From: Auanema rhodensis
Taxonomy: Eukaryota; Animalia; Nematoda
Direction: 5' to 3'
NCBI GenBank assembly: GCA_964057225.1
Contig: OZ059900.1
Coordinates: 25,358,001-25,422,000, forward strand
Length of the DNA: 64,000 nucleotides
In this document: positions 1-11,100 of the stretch, in pieces
Layout: each line of letters begins with the position of its first letter
Numbering within the stretch: the first letter of the stretch is position 1
Program-made: the position numbers and the translations under genes
Notes under the pieces: generated by a model
Database searches by the model: none
What the model saw: the letters and a program-made list of their open reading frames with translations, nothing else
Told to the model about the DNA's origin: nothing

Positions 1-684
1 TGGAACTAGACGTTGTACGAACAATTTTGAGCTAGGTTTCATTGACATTGCATGAGTTTGAACACATGAAATCGTAAGTCAAAACCTTGTTTACAGCGAA
101 ATTTCCAAAAACTGGTTTTCCAGCATAATAAAATATTTCTCATGGGAAATACTGTGTTTTTGTATTTTTCTAGTGTTCAGCATGTAAAATGCTTCATTTT
201 AATATGTAACACGCTGAAATTCGTTCCATTTGACGACTCATATGAACAAAAATCGATTTAATCAATATTAGCCATAAGGGGCGTGCCCTCAGAATATGCT
301 AATTTCCTTAATTTTCTAACCCCTGTTTTTTTGTCGTGAAAGTGGAACTAGACGTTGTACGAACAATTTTGAGCTAGGTTTCATTGACATTGCATGAGTT
401 TGAACACATGAAATCGTAAGTCAAAACCTTGTTTACAGCGAAATTTCCAAAAACTGGTTTTCCAGCATAATAAAATATTTCTCATGGGAAATACTGTGTT
501 TTTGTATTTTTCTAGTGTTCAGCATGTAAAATGCTTCATTTTAGTATGTAACACGCTAAAATTCGTTGCATTTGACGACTCATATGAACAAAAATCGATT
601 TAATCAATATTAGCCATAAGGGGCGTGCCCTCAGAATATGCTAATTTCCTTAATTTTCTAACCCCTGTTTTTTTGTCGTGAAAG

Positions 685-1026
685 TGGAACTAGACGATGT
701 ACGAACAATTTTGAGCTAGGTTTCATTGACATTGCATGAGTTTGAACACATGAAATCGTAAGTCAAAACCTTGTTTACAGCGAAATTTCCAAAAACTGGT
801 TTTCCAGCATAATAAAATATTTCTCATGGGAAATACTGTGTTTTTGTATTTTTCTAGTGTTCAGCATGTAAAATGCTTCATTTTAGTATGTAACACGCTG
901 AAATTCGTTGCATTTGACGACTCATATGAACAAAAATCGATTTAATCAATATTAGCCATAAGGGGCGTGCCCTCAGAATATGCTAATTTCCTTAATTTTC
1001 TAACCCCTGTTTTTTTGTCGTGAAAG
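685..1026 (+). repeat. Representative near-consensus 342-bp monomer (phase arbitrary, set by the window start)
   Basis: Differs from the majority sequence only at monomer position 13 (GACGATG for GACGTTG). Hand count of the consensus: 59 G + 57 C in 342 bp. Confidence 0.93.
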
Positions 1027-2393
1027 TGGAACTAGACGTTGTACGAACAATTTTGAGCTAGGTTTCATTGACATTGCATGAGTTTGAACACATGAAATCG
1101 TAAGTCAAAACCTTGTTTACAGCGAAATTTCCAAAAACTGGTTTTCCAGCATAATAAAATATTTCTCATGGGAAATACTGTGTTTTTGTATTTTTCTAGT
1201 GTTCAGCATGTAAAATGCTTCATTTTAGTATGTAACACGCTGAAATTCGTTGCATTTGACGACTCATATGAACAAAAATCGATTTAATCAATATTAGCCA
1301 TAAGGGGCGTGCCCTCAGAATATGCTAATTTCCTAAATTTTCTAACCCCTGTTTTTTTGTCGTGAAAGTGGAACTAGACGTTGTACGAACAATTTTGAGC
1401 TAGGTTTCATTGACATTGCATGAGTTTGAACACATGAAATCGTAAGTCAAAACCTTGTTTACAGCGAAATTTCCAAAAACTGGTTTTCCAGCATAATAAA
1501 ATATTTCTCATGGGAAATACTGTGTTTTTGTATTTTTCTAGTGTTCAGCATGTAAAATGCTTCATTTTAGTATGTAACACGCTAAAATTCGTTGCATTTG
1601 ACGACTCATATGAACAAAAATCGGTTTTATCAATATTAGCCATAAGGGGCGTGCCCTCAGAATATGCTAATTTCCTTAATTTTCTAACCCCTGTTTTTTT
1701 GTCGTGAAAGTGGAACTAGACGATGTACGAACAATTTTGAGCTAGGTTTCATTGACATTGCATGAGTTTGAACACATGAAATCGTAAGTCAAAACCTTGT
1801 TTACAGCGAAATTTCCAAAAACTGGTTTTCCAGCATAATAAAATATTTCTCATGGGAAATACTGTGTTTTTGTATTTTTCTAGTGTTCAGCATGTGAAAT
1901 GCTTCATTTTAGTATGTAACACGCTGAAATTCGTTGCATTTGACGACTCATATGAACAAAAATCGATTTAATCAATATTAGCCATAAGGGGCGTGCCCTC
2001 AGAATATGCTAATTTCCTTAATTTTCTAACCCCTGTTTTTTTGTCGTGAAAGTGGAACTAGACGTTGTACGAACAATTTTGAGCTAGGTTTCATTGACAT
2101 TGCATGAGTTTGAACACATGAAATCGTAAGTCAAAACCTTGTTTACAGCGAAATTTCCAAAAACTGGTTTTCCAGCATAATAAAATATTTCTCATGGGAA
2201 ATACTGTGTTTTTGTATTTTTCTAGTGTTCAGCATGTAAAATGCTTCATTTTAGTATGTAACACGCTGAAATTCGTTGCATTTGACGACTCATATGAACA
2301 AAAATCGATTTAATCAATATTAGCCATAAGGGGCGTGCCCTCAGAATATGCTAATTTCCTCAATTTTCTAACCCCTGTTTTTTGTCGTGAAAG

Positions 2394-5126
2394 TGGAACT
2401 AGACGTTGTACGAACAATTTTGAGCTAGGTTTCATTGACATTGCATGAGTTTGAACACATGAAATCGTAAGTCAAAACCTTGTTTACAGCGAAATTTCCA
2501 AAAACTGGTTTTCCAGCATAATAAAATATTTCTCATGGGAAATACTGTGTTTTTGTATTTTTCTAGTGTTCAGCATGTAAAATGCTTCATTTTAATATGT
2601 AACACGCTGAAATTCGTTCCATTTGACGACTCATATGAACAAAAATCGATTTAATCAATATTAGCCATAAGGGGCGTGCCCTCAGAATATGCTAATTTCC
2701 TTAATTTTCTAACCCCTGTTTTTTTGTCGTGAAAGTGGAACAAGACGTTGTACGAACAATTTTGAGCTAGGTTTCATTGACATTGCATGATTTGAACACA
2801 TGAAATCGTAAGTCAAAACCTTGTTTACAGCGAAATTTCCAAAAACTGGTTTTCCAGCATAATAAAATATTTCTCATGTGAACTACAGTGTTTTTGTATT
2901 TTTTTAGTGTTCAGCATGTAAAATGCTTCATTTTAGTATGTAACACGCTGAAATTCGTTGCATTTGACGACTCATATGAACAAAAATCGATTTAATCAAT
3001 ATTAGCCATAAGGGGCGTGCCCTCAGAATATGCTAATTTCCTTAATTTTCTAACCCCTGTTTTTTTGTCGTGAAAGTGGAACAAGACGTTGTACGAACAA
3101 TTTTGAGCTAGGTTTCATTGACATTGCATGATTTGAACACATGAAATCGTAAGTCAAAACCTTGTTTACAGCGAAATTTCCAAAAACTGGTTTTCCAGCA
3201 TAATAAAATATTTCTCATGGGAAATACTGTGTTTTTGTATTTTTCTAGTGTTCAGCATGTAAAATGCTTCATTTTAGTATGTAAAACGCTGAAATTTGTT
3301 GCATTTGACGACTCATATGAACAAAAATCGATTTTATCAATATTAGCCATAAGGGGCGTGCCCTCAGAATATGCTAATTTCCTTAATTTTCTAACCCCTG
3401 TTTTTTTGTCGTGAAAGTGGAACTAGACGTTGTACGAACAATTTTGAGCTAGGTTTCATTGACATTGCATGAGTTTGAACACATGAAATCGTAAGTCAAA
3501 ACCTTGTTTACAGCGAAATTTCCAAAAACTGGTTTTCCAGCATAATAAAACATTTCTCAAGGGAAAAACTGTGTTTTTATATTTTTCTAGTGTTCAGCAT
3601 GTGAAATGCTTTATTTTAGTATGTAACACGCTGAAATTTGTTGCATTTGACGACTCATATGAACAAAAATCGATTTAATCAATATTAGCCATAAGGGGCG
3701 TGCCCTCAGAATATGCTAATTTCCTTAATTTTCTAACCCCTGTTTTTTTGTCGTGAAAGTGGAACTAGACGTTGTACGAACAATTTTGAGCTAGGTTTCA
3801 TTGACATTGCATGAGTTTGAACACATGAAATCGTAAGTCAAAACCTTGTTTACAGCGAAATTTCCAAAAACTGGTTTTCCAGCATAATAAAACATTTCTC
3901 AAGGGAAAAACTGTGTTTTTGTATTTTTCTAGTGTTCAGCATGTGAAATGCTTTATTTTAGTATGTAACACGCTGAAATTTGTTGCATTTGACGACTCAT
4001 ATGAACAAAAATCGATTTAATCAATATTAGCCATAAGGGGCGTGCCCTCAGAATATGCTAATTTCCTTAATTTTCTAACCCCTGTTTTTTTGTCGTGAAA
4101 GTGGAACTAGACGATGTACGAACAATTTTGAGCTAGGTTTCATTGACATTGCATGAGTTTGAACACATGAAATCGTAAGTCAAAACCTTGTTTACAGCGA
4201 AATTTCCAAAAACTGGTTTTCTAGCATAATAAAATATTTCTCATGGGAAATACTGTGTTTTTGTATTTTTCTAGTGTTCAGCATGTAAAATGCTTCATTT
4301 TAGTATGTAACACGCTGAAATTCGTTGCATTTGACGACTCATATGAACAAAAATCGATTTAATCAATATTAGCCATAAGGGGCGTGCCCTCAGAATATGC
4401 TAATTTCCTTAATTTTCTAACCCCTGTTTTTTTGTCGTGAAAGTGGAACTAGACGTTGTACGAACAATTTTGAGCTAGGTTTCATTGACATTGCATGAGT
4501 TTGAACACATGAAATCGTAAGTCAAAACCTTGTTTACAGCGAAATTTCCAAAAACTGGTTTTCCAGCATAATAAAATATTTCTCATGGGAAATACTGTGT
4601 TTTTGTATTTTTCTAGTGTTCAGCATGTAAAATGCTTCATTTTAGTATGTAACACGCTGAAATTCGTTGCATTTGACGACTCATATGAACAAAAATCGAT
4701 TTAATCAATATTAGCCATAAGGGGCGTGCCCTCAGAATATGCTAATTTCCTAAATTTTCTAACCCGTGTTTTTTTGTCGTGAAAGTGGAACTAGACGTTG
4801 TACGAACAATTTTGAGCTAGGTTTCATTGACATTGCATGATTTGAACACATGAAATCGTAAGTCAAAACCTTGTTTACAGCGAAATTTCCAAAAACTGGT
4901 TTTCCAGCATAATAAAATATTTCTCATGTGAAATACAGTGTTTTTGTATTTTTTTAGTGTTCAGCATGTAAAATGCGTCATTTTAGTATGTAAAACGCTG
5001 AAATTTGTTGCATTTGACGACTCATATGAACAAAAATCGATTTTATCAATATTAGCCATAAGGGGCGTGCCCTCAGAATATGCTAATTTCCTTAATTTTC
5101 TAACCCCTGTTTTTTTGTCGTGAAAG
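2394..5126 (+). repeat. 8-monomer block, copy 1 (duplicated at 6151-8883)
   Basis: Same ordered private variants in both copies (AATATG/TTCC, GAACAAGA twice, TGTGAACTACAG, TTTCTAGCAT). Offset 3757 bp, matched by ORF pairs 3217/6974 and 4938/8695. Confidence 0.88.
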
Positions 5127-8100
5127 TGGAACTAGACGTTGTACGAACAATTTTGAGCTAGGTTTCATTGACATTGCATGAGTTTGAACACATGAAATCG
5201 TAAGTCAAAACCTTGTTTACAGCGAAATTTCCAAAAACTGGTTTTCCAGCATAATAAAATATTTCTCATGGGAAATACTGTGTTTTTGTATTTTTCTAGT
5301 GTTCAGCATGTAAAATGCTTCATTTTAGTATGTAACACGCTGAAATTCGTTGCATTTGACGACTCATATGAACAAAAATCGATTTAATCAATATTAGCCA
5401 TAAGGGGCGTGCCCTCAGAATATGCTAATTTCCTAAATTTTCTAACCCGTGTTTTTTTGTCGTGAAAGTGGAACTAGACGTTGTACGAACAATTTTGAGC
5501 TAGGTTTCATTGACATTGCATGATTTGAACACATGAAATCGTAAGTCAAAACCTTGTTTACAGCGAAATTTCCAAAAACTGGTTTTCCAGCATAATAAAA
5601 TATTTCTCATGTGAAATACAGTGTTTTTGTATTTTTTTAGTGTTCAGCATGTAAAATGCGTCATTTTAGTATGTAAAACGCTGAAATTTGTTGCATTTGA
5701 CGACTCATATGAACAAAAATCGATTTTATCAATATTAGCCATAAGGGGCGTGCCCTCAGAATATGCTAATTTCCTTAATTTTCTAACCCCTGTTTTTTTG
5801 TCGTGAAAGTGGAACTAGACGTTGTACGAACAATTTTGAGCTAGGTTTCATTGACATTGCATGAGTTTGAACACATGAAATCGTAAGTCAAAACCTTGTT
5901 TACAGCGAAATTTCCAAAAACTGGTTTTCCAGCATAATAAAACATTTCTCAAGGGAAAAACTGTGTTTTTATATTTTTCTAGTGTTCAGCATGTGAAATG
6001 CTTTATTTTAGTATGTAACACGCTGAAATTTGTTGCATTTGACGACTCATATGAACAAAAATCGATTTAATCAATATTAGCCATAAGGGGCGTGCCCTCA
6101 GAATATGCTAATTTCCTCAATTTTCTAACCCCTGTTTTTTGTCGTGAAAGTGGAACTAGACGTTGTACGAACAATTTTGAGCTAGGTTTCATTGACATTG
6201 CATGAGTTTGAACACATGAAATCGTAAGTCAAAACCTTGTTTACAGCGAAATTTCCAAAAACTGGTTTTCCAGCATAATAAAATATTTCTCATGGGAAAT
6301 ACTGTGTTTTTGTATTTTTCTAGTGTTCAGCATGTAAAATGCTTCATTTTAATATGTAACACGCTGAAATTCGTTCCATTTGACGACTCATATGAACAAA
6401 AATCGATTTAATCAATATTAGCCATAAGGGGCGTGCCCTCAGAATATGCTAATTTCCTTAATTTTCTAACCCCTGTTTTTTTGTCGTGAAAGTGGAACAA
6501 GACGTTGTACGAACAATTTTGAGCTAGGTTTCATTGACATTGCATGATTTGAACACATGAAATCGTAAGTCAAAACCTTGTTTACAGCGAAATTTCCAAA
6601 AACTGGTTTTCCAGCATAATAAAATATTTCTCATGTGAACTACAGTGTTTTTGTATTTTTTTAGTGTTCAGCATGTAAAATGCTTCATTTTAGTATGTAA
6701 CACGCTGAAATTCGTTGCATTTGACGACTCATATGAACAAAAATCGATTTAATCAATATTAGCCATAAGGGGCGTGCCCTCAGAATATGCTAATTTCCTT
6801 AATTTTCTAACCCCTGTTTTTTTGTCGTGAAAGTGGAACAAGACGTTGTACGAACAATTTTGAGCTAGGTTTCATTGACATTGCATGATTTGAACACATG
6901 AAATCGTAAGTCAAAACCTTGTTTACAGCGAAATTTCCAAAAACTGGTTTTCCAGCATAATAAAATATTTCTCATGGGAAATACTGTGTTTTTGTATTTT
7001 TCTAGTGTTCAGCATGTAAAATGCTTCATTTTAGTATGTAAAACGCTGAAATTTGTTGCATTTGACGACTCATATGAACAAAAATCGATTTTATCAATAT
7101 TAGCCATAAGGGGCGTGCCCTCAGAATATGCTAATTTCCTTAATTTTCTAACCCCTGTTTTTTTGTCGTGAAAGTGGAACTAGACGTTGTACGAACAATT
7201 TTGAGCTAGGTTTCATTGACATTGCATGAGTTTGAACACATGAAATCGTAAGTCAAAACCTTGTTTACAGCGAAATTTCCAAAAACTGGTTTTCCAGCAT
7301 AATAAAACATTTCTCAAGGGAAAAACTGTGTTTTTATATTTTTCTAGTGTTCAGCATGTGAAATGCTTTATTTTAGTATGTAACACGCTGAAATTTGTTG
7401 CATTTGACGACTCATATGAACAAAAATCGATTTAATCAATATTAGCCATAAGGGGCGTGCCCTCAGAATATGCTAATTTCCTTAATTTTCTAACCCCTGT
7501 TTTTTTGTCGTGAAAGTGGAACTAGACGTTGTACGAACAATTTTGAGCTAGGTTTCATTGACATTGCATGAGTTTGAACACATGAAATCGTAAGTCAAAA
7601 CCTTGTTTACAGCGAAATTTCCAAAAACTGGTTTTCCAGCATAATAAAACATTTCTCAAGGGAAAAACTGTGTTTTTGTATTTTTCTAGTGTTCAGCATG
7701 TGAAATGCTTTATTTTAGTATGTAACACGCTGAAATTTGTTGCATTTGACGACTCATATGAACAAAAATCGATTTAATCAATATTAGCCATAAGGGGCGT
7801 GCCCTCAGAATATGCTAATTTCCTTAATTTTCTAACCCCTGTTTTTTTGTCGTGAAAGTGGAACTAGACGATGTACGAACAATTTTGAGCTAGGTTTCAT
7901 TGACATTGCATGAGTTTGAACACATGAAATCGTAAGTCAAAACCTTGTTTACAGCGAAATTTCCAAAAACTGGTTTTCTAGCATAATAAAATATTTCTCA
8001 TGGGAAATACTGTGTTTTTGTATTTTTCTAGTGTTCAGCATGTAAAATGCTTCATTTTAGTATGTAACACGCTGAAATTCGTTGCATTTGACGACTCATA

Positions 8101-11100
8101 TGAACAAAAATCGATTTAATCAATATTAGCCATAAGGGGCGTGCCCTCAGAATATGCTAATTTCCTTAATTTTCTAACCCCTGTTTTTTTGTCGTGAAAG
8201 TGGAACTAGACGTTGTACGAACAATTTTGAGCTAGGTTTCATTGACATTGCATGAGTTTGAACACATGAAATCGTAAGTCAAAACCTTGTTTACAGCGAA
8301 ATTTCCAAAAACTGGTTTTCCAGCATAATAAAATATTTCTCATGGGAAATACTGTGTTTTTGTATTTTTCTAGTGTTCAGCATGTAAAATGCTTCATTTT
8401 AGTATGTAACACGCTGAAATTCGTTGCATTTGACGACTCATATGAACAAAAATCGATTTAATCAATATTAGCCATAAGGGGCGTGCCCTCAGAATATGCT
8501 AATTTCCTAAATTTTCTAACCCGTGTTTTTTTGTCGTGAAAGTGGAACTAGACGTTGTACGAACAATTTTGAGCTAGGTTTCATTGACATTGCATGATTT
8601 GAACACATGAAATCGTAAGTCAAAACCTTGTTTACAGCGAAATTTCCAAAAACTGGTTTTCCAGCATAATAAAATATTTCTCATGTGAAATACAGTGTTT
8701 TTGTATTTTTTTAGTGTTCAGCATGTAAAATGCGTCATTTTAGTATGTAAAACGCTGAAATTTGTTGCATTTGACGACTCATATGAACAAAAATCGATTT
8801 TATCAATATTAGCCATAAGGGGCGTGCCCTCAGAATATGCTAATTTCCTTAATTTTCTAACCCCTGTTTTTTTGTCGTGAAAGTGGAACTAGACGTTGTA
8901 CGAACAATTTTGAGCTAGGTTTCATTGACATTGCATGAGTTTGAACACATGAAATCGTAAGTCAAAACCTTGTTTACAGCGAAATTTCCAAAAACTGGTT
9001 TTCCAGCATAATAAAACATTTCTCAAGGGAAAAACTGTGTTTTTATATTTTTCTAGTGTTCAGCATGTGAAATGCTTTATTTTAGTATGTAACACGCTGA
9101 AATTTGTTGCATTTGACGACTCATATGAACAAAAATCGATTTAATCAATATTAGCCATAAGGGGCGTGCCCTCAGAATATGCTAATTTCCTTAATTTTCT
9201 AACCCCTGTTTTTTTGTCGTGAAAGTGGAACTAGACGTTGTACGAACAATTTTGAGCTAGGTTTCATTGACATTGCATGAGTTTGAACACATGAAATCGT
9301 AAGTCAAAACCTTGTTTACAGCGAAATTTCCAAAAACTGGTTTTCCAGCATAATAAAACATTTCTCAAGGGAAAAACTGTGTTTTTATATTTTTCTAGTG
9401 TTCAGCATGTGAAATGCTTTATTTTAGTATGTAACACGCTGAAATTTGTTGCATTTGACGACTCATATGAACAAAAATCGATTTAATCAATATTAGCCAT
9501 AAGGGGCGTGCCCTCAGAATATGCTAATTTCCTTAATTTTCTAACCCCTGTTTTTTTGTCGTGAAAGTGGAACTAGACGATGTACGAACAATTTTGAGCT
9601 AGGTTTCATTGACATTGCATGAGTTTGAACACATGAAATCGTAAGTCAAAACCTTGTTTACAGCGAAATTTCCAAAAACTGGTTTTCCAGCATAATAAAA
9701 TATTTCTCATGGGAAATACTGTGTTTTTGTATTTTTCTAGTGTTCAGCATGTAAAATGCGTCATTTTAGTATGTAAAACGCTGAAATTTGTTGCATTTGA
9801 CGACTCATATGAACAAAAATCGATTTTATCAATATTAGCCATAAGGGGCGTGCCCTCAGAATATGCTAATTTCCTTAATTTTCTAACCCCTGTTTTTTTG
9901 TCGTGAAAGTGGAACTAGACGTTGTACGAACAATTTTGAGCTAGGTTTCATTGACATTGCATGAGTTTGAACACATGAAATCGTAAGTCAAAACCTTGTT
10001 TACAGCGAAATTTCCAAAAACTGGTTTTCCAGCATAATAAAACATTTCTCAAGGGAAAAACTGTGTTTTTATATTTTTCTAGTGTTCAGCATGTGAAATG
10101 CTTTATTTTAGTATGTAACACGCTGAAATTTGTTGCATTTGACGACTCATATGAACAAAAATCGATTTAATCAATATTAGCCATAAGGGGCGTGCCCTCA
10201 GAATATGCTAATTTCCTTAATTTTCTAACCCCTGTTTTTTTGTCGTGAAAGTGGAACTAGACGTTGTACGAACAATTTTGAGCTAGGTTTCATTGACATT
10301 GCATGAGTTTGAACACATGAAATCGTAAGTCAAAACCTTGTTTACAGCGAAATTTCCAAAAACTGGTTTTCCAGCATAATAAAACATTTCTCAAGGGAAA
10401 AACTGTGTTTTTATATTTTTCTAGTGTTCAGCATGTGAAATGCTTTATTTTAGTATGTAACACGCTGAAATTTGTTGCATTTGACGACTCATATGAACAA
10501 AAATCGATTTAATCAATATTAGCCATAAGGGGCGTGCCCTCAGAATATGCTAATTTCCTTAATTTTCTAACCCCTGTTTTTTTGTCGTGAAAGTGGAACT
10601 AGACGATGTACGAACAATTTTGAGCTAGGTTTCATTGACATTGCATGAGTTTGAACACATGAAATCGTAAGTCAAAACCTTGTTTACAGCGAAATTTCCA
10701 AAAACTGGTTTTCCAGCATAATAAAATATTTCTCATGGGAAATACTGTGTTTTTGTATTTTTCTAGTGTTCAGCATGTAAAATGCTTCATTTTAGTATGT
10801 AACACGCTGAAATTCGTTGCATTTGACGACTCATATGAACAAAAATCGATTTAATCAATATTAGCCATAAGGGGCGTGCCCTCAGAATATGCTAATTTCC
10901 TTAATTTTCTAACCCCTGTTTTTTTGTCGTGAAAGTGGAACTAGACGTTGTACGAACAATTTTGAGCTAGTTTTCATTGACATTGCATGAGTTTGAACAC
11001 ATGAAATCGTAAGTCAAAACCTTGTTTACAGCGAAATTTCCAAAAACTGGTTTTCCAGCATAATAAAATATTTCTCATGGGAAATACTGTGTTTTTGTAT

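Noticed and set aside
726-760. TTGACA as a bacterial -35 promoter element
   Set aside because: No TATAAT-like -10 at 16-18 bp spacing, no downstream gene, and the context is a satellite array.
903-919. CENP-B-box-like ATTCGTTGCATTTGACG
   Set aside because: Shares TTCGTTG and the central A with the canonical box (CTTCGTTGGAAACGGGA) but lacks CGGG, matching 6 of 9 core bases. TTCG is also frequently mutated to TTTG. Not supportable as a functional box.
1000-1008. CTAACCCCT resembling a telomeric (CCCTAA)n unit
   Set aside because: A single unit per monomer and not tandem; expected by chance.
685-1026. Tandem 5S rRNA, tRNA, snRNA or spliced-leader gene unit
   Set aside because: I recognise no 5S, tRNA cloverleaf, A/B box or snRNA sequence on either strand. 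An Rfam/Infernal search would settle it.
685-1026. Primate alpha-satellite dimer (about 340 bp)
   Set aside because: Only the length is similar; there are no alpha-satellite sequence hallmarks and the two 171-bp halves do not visibly align.
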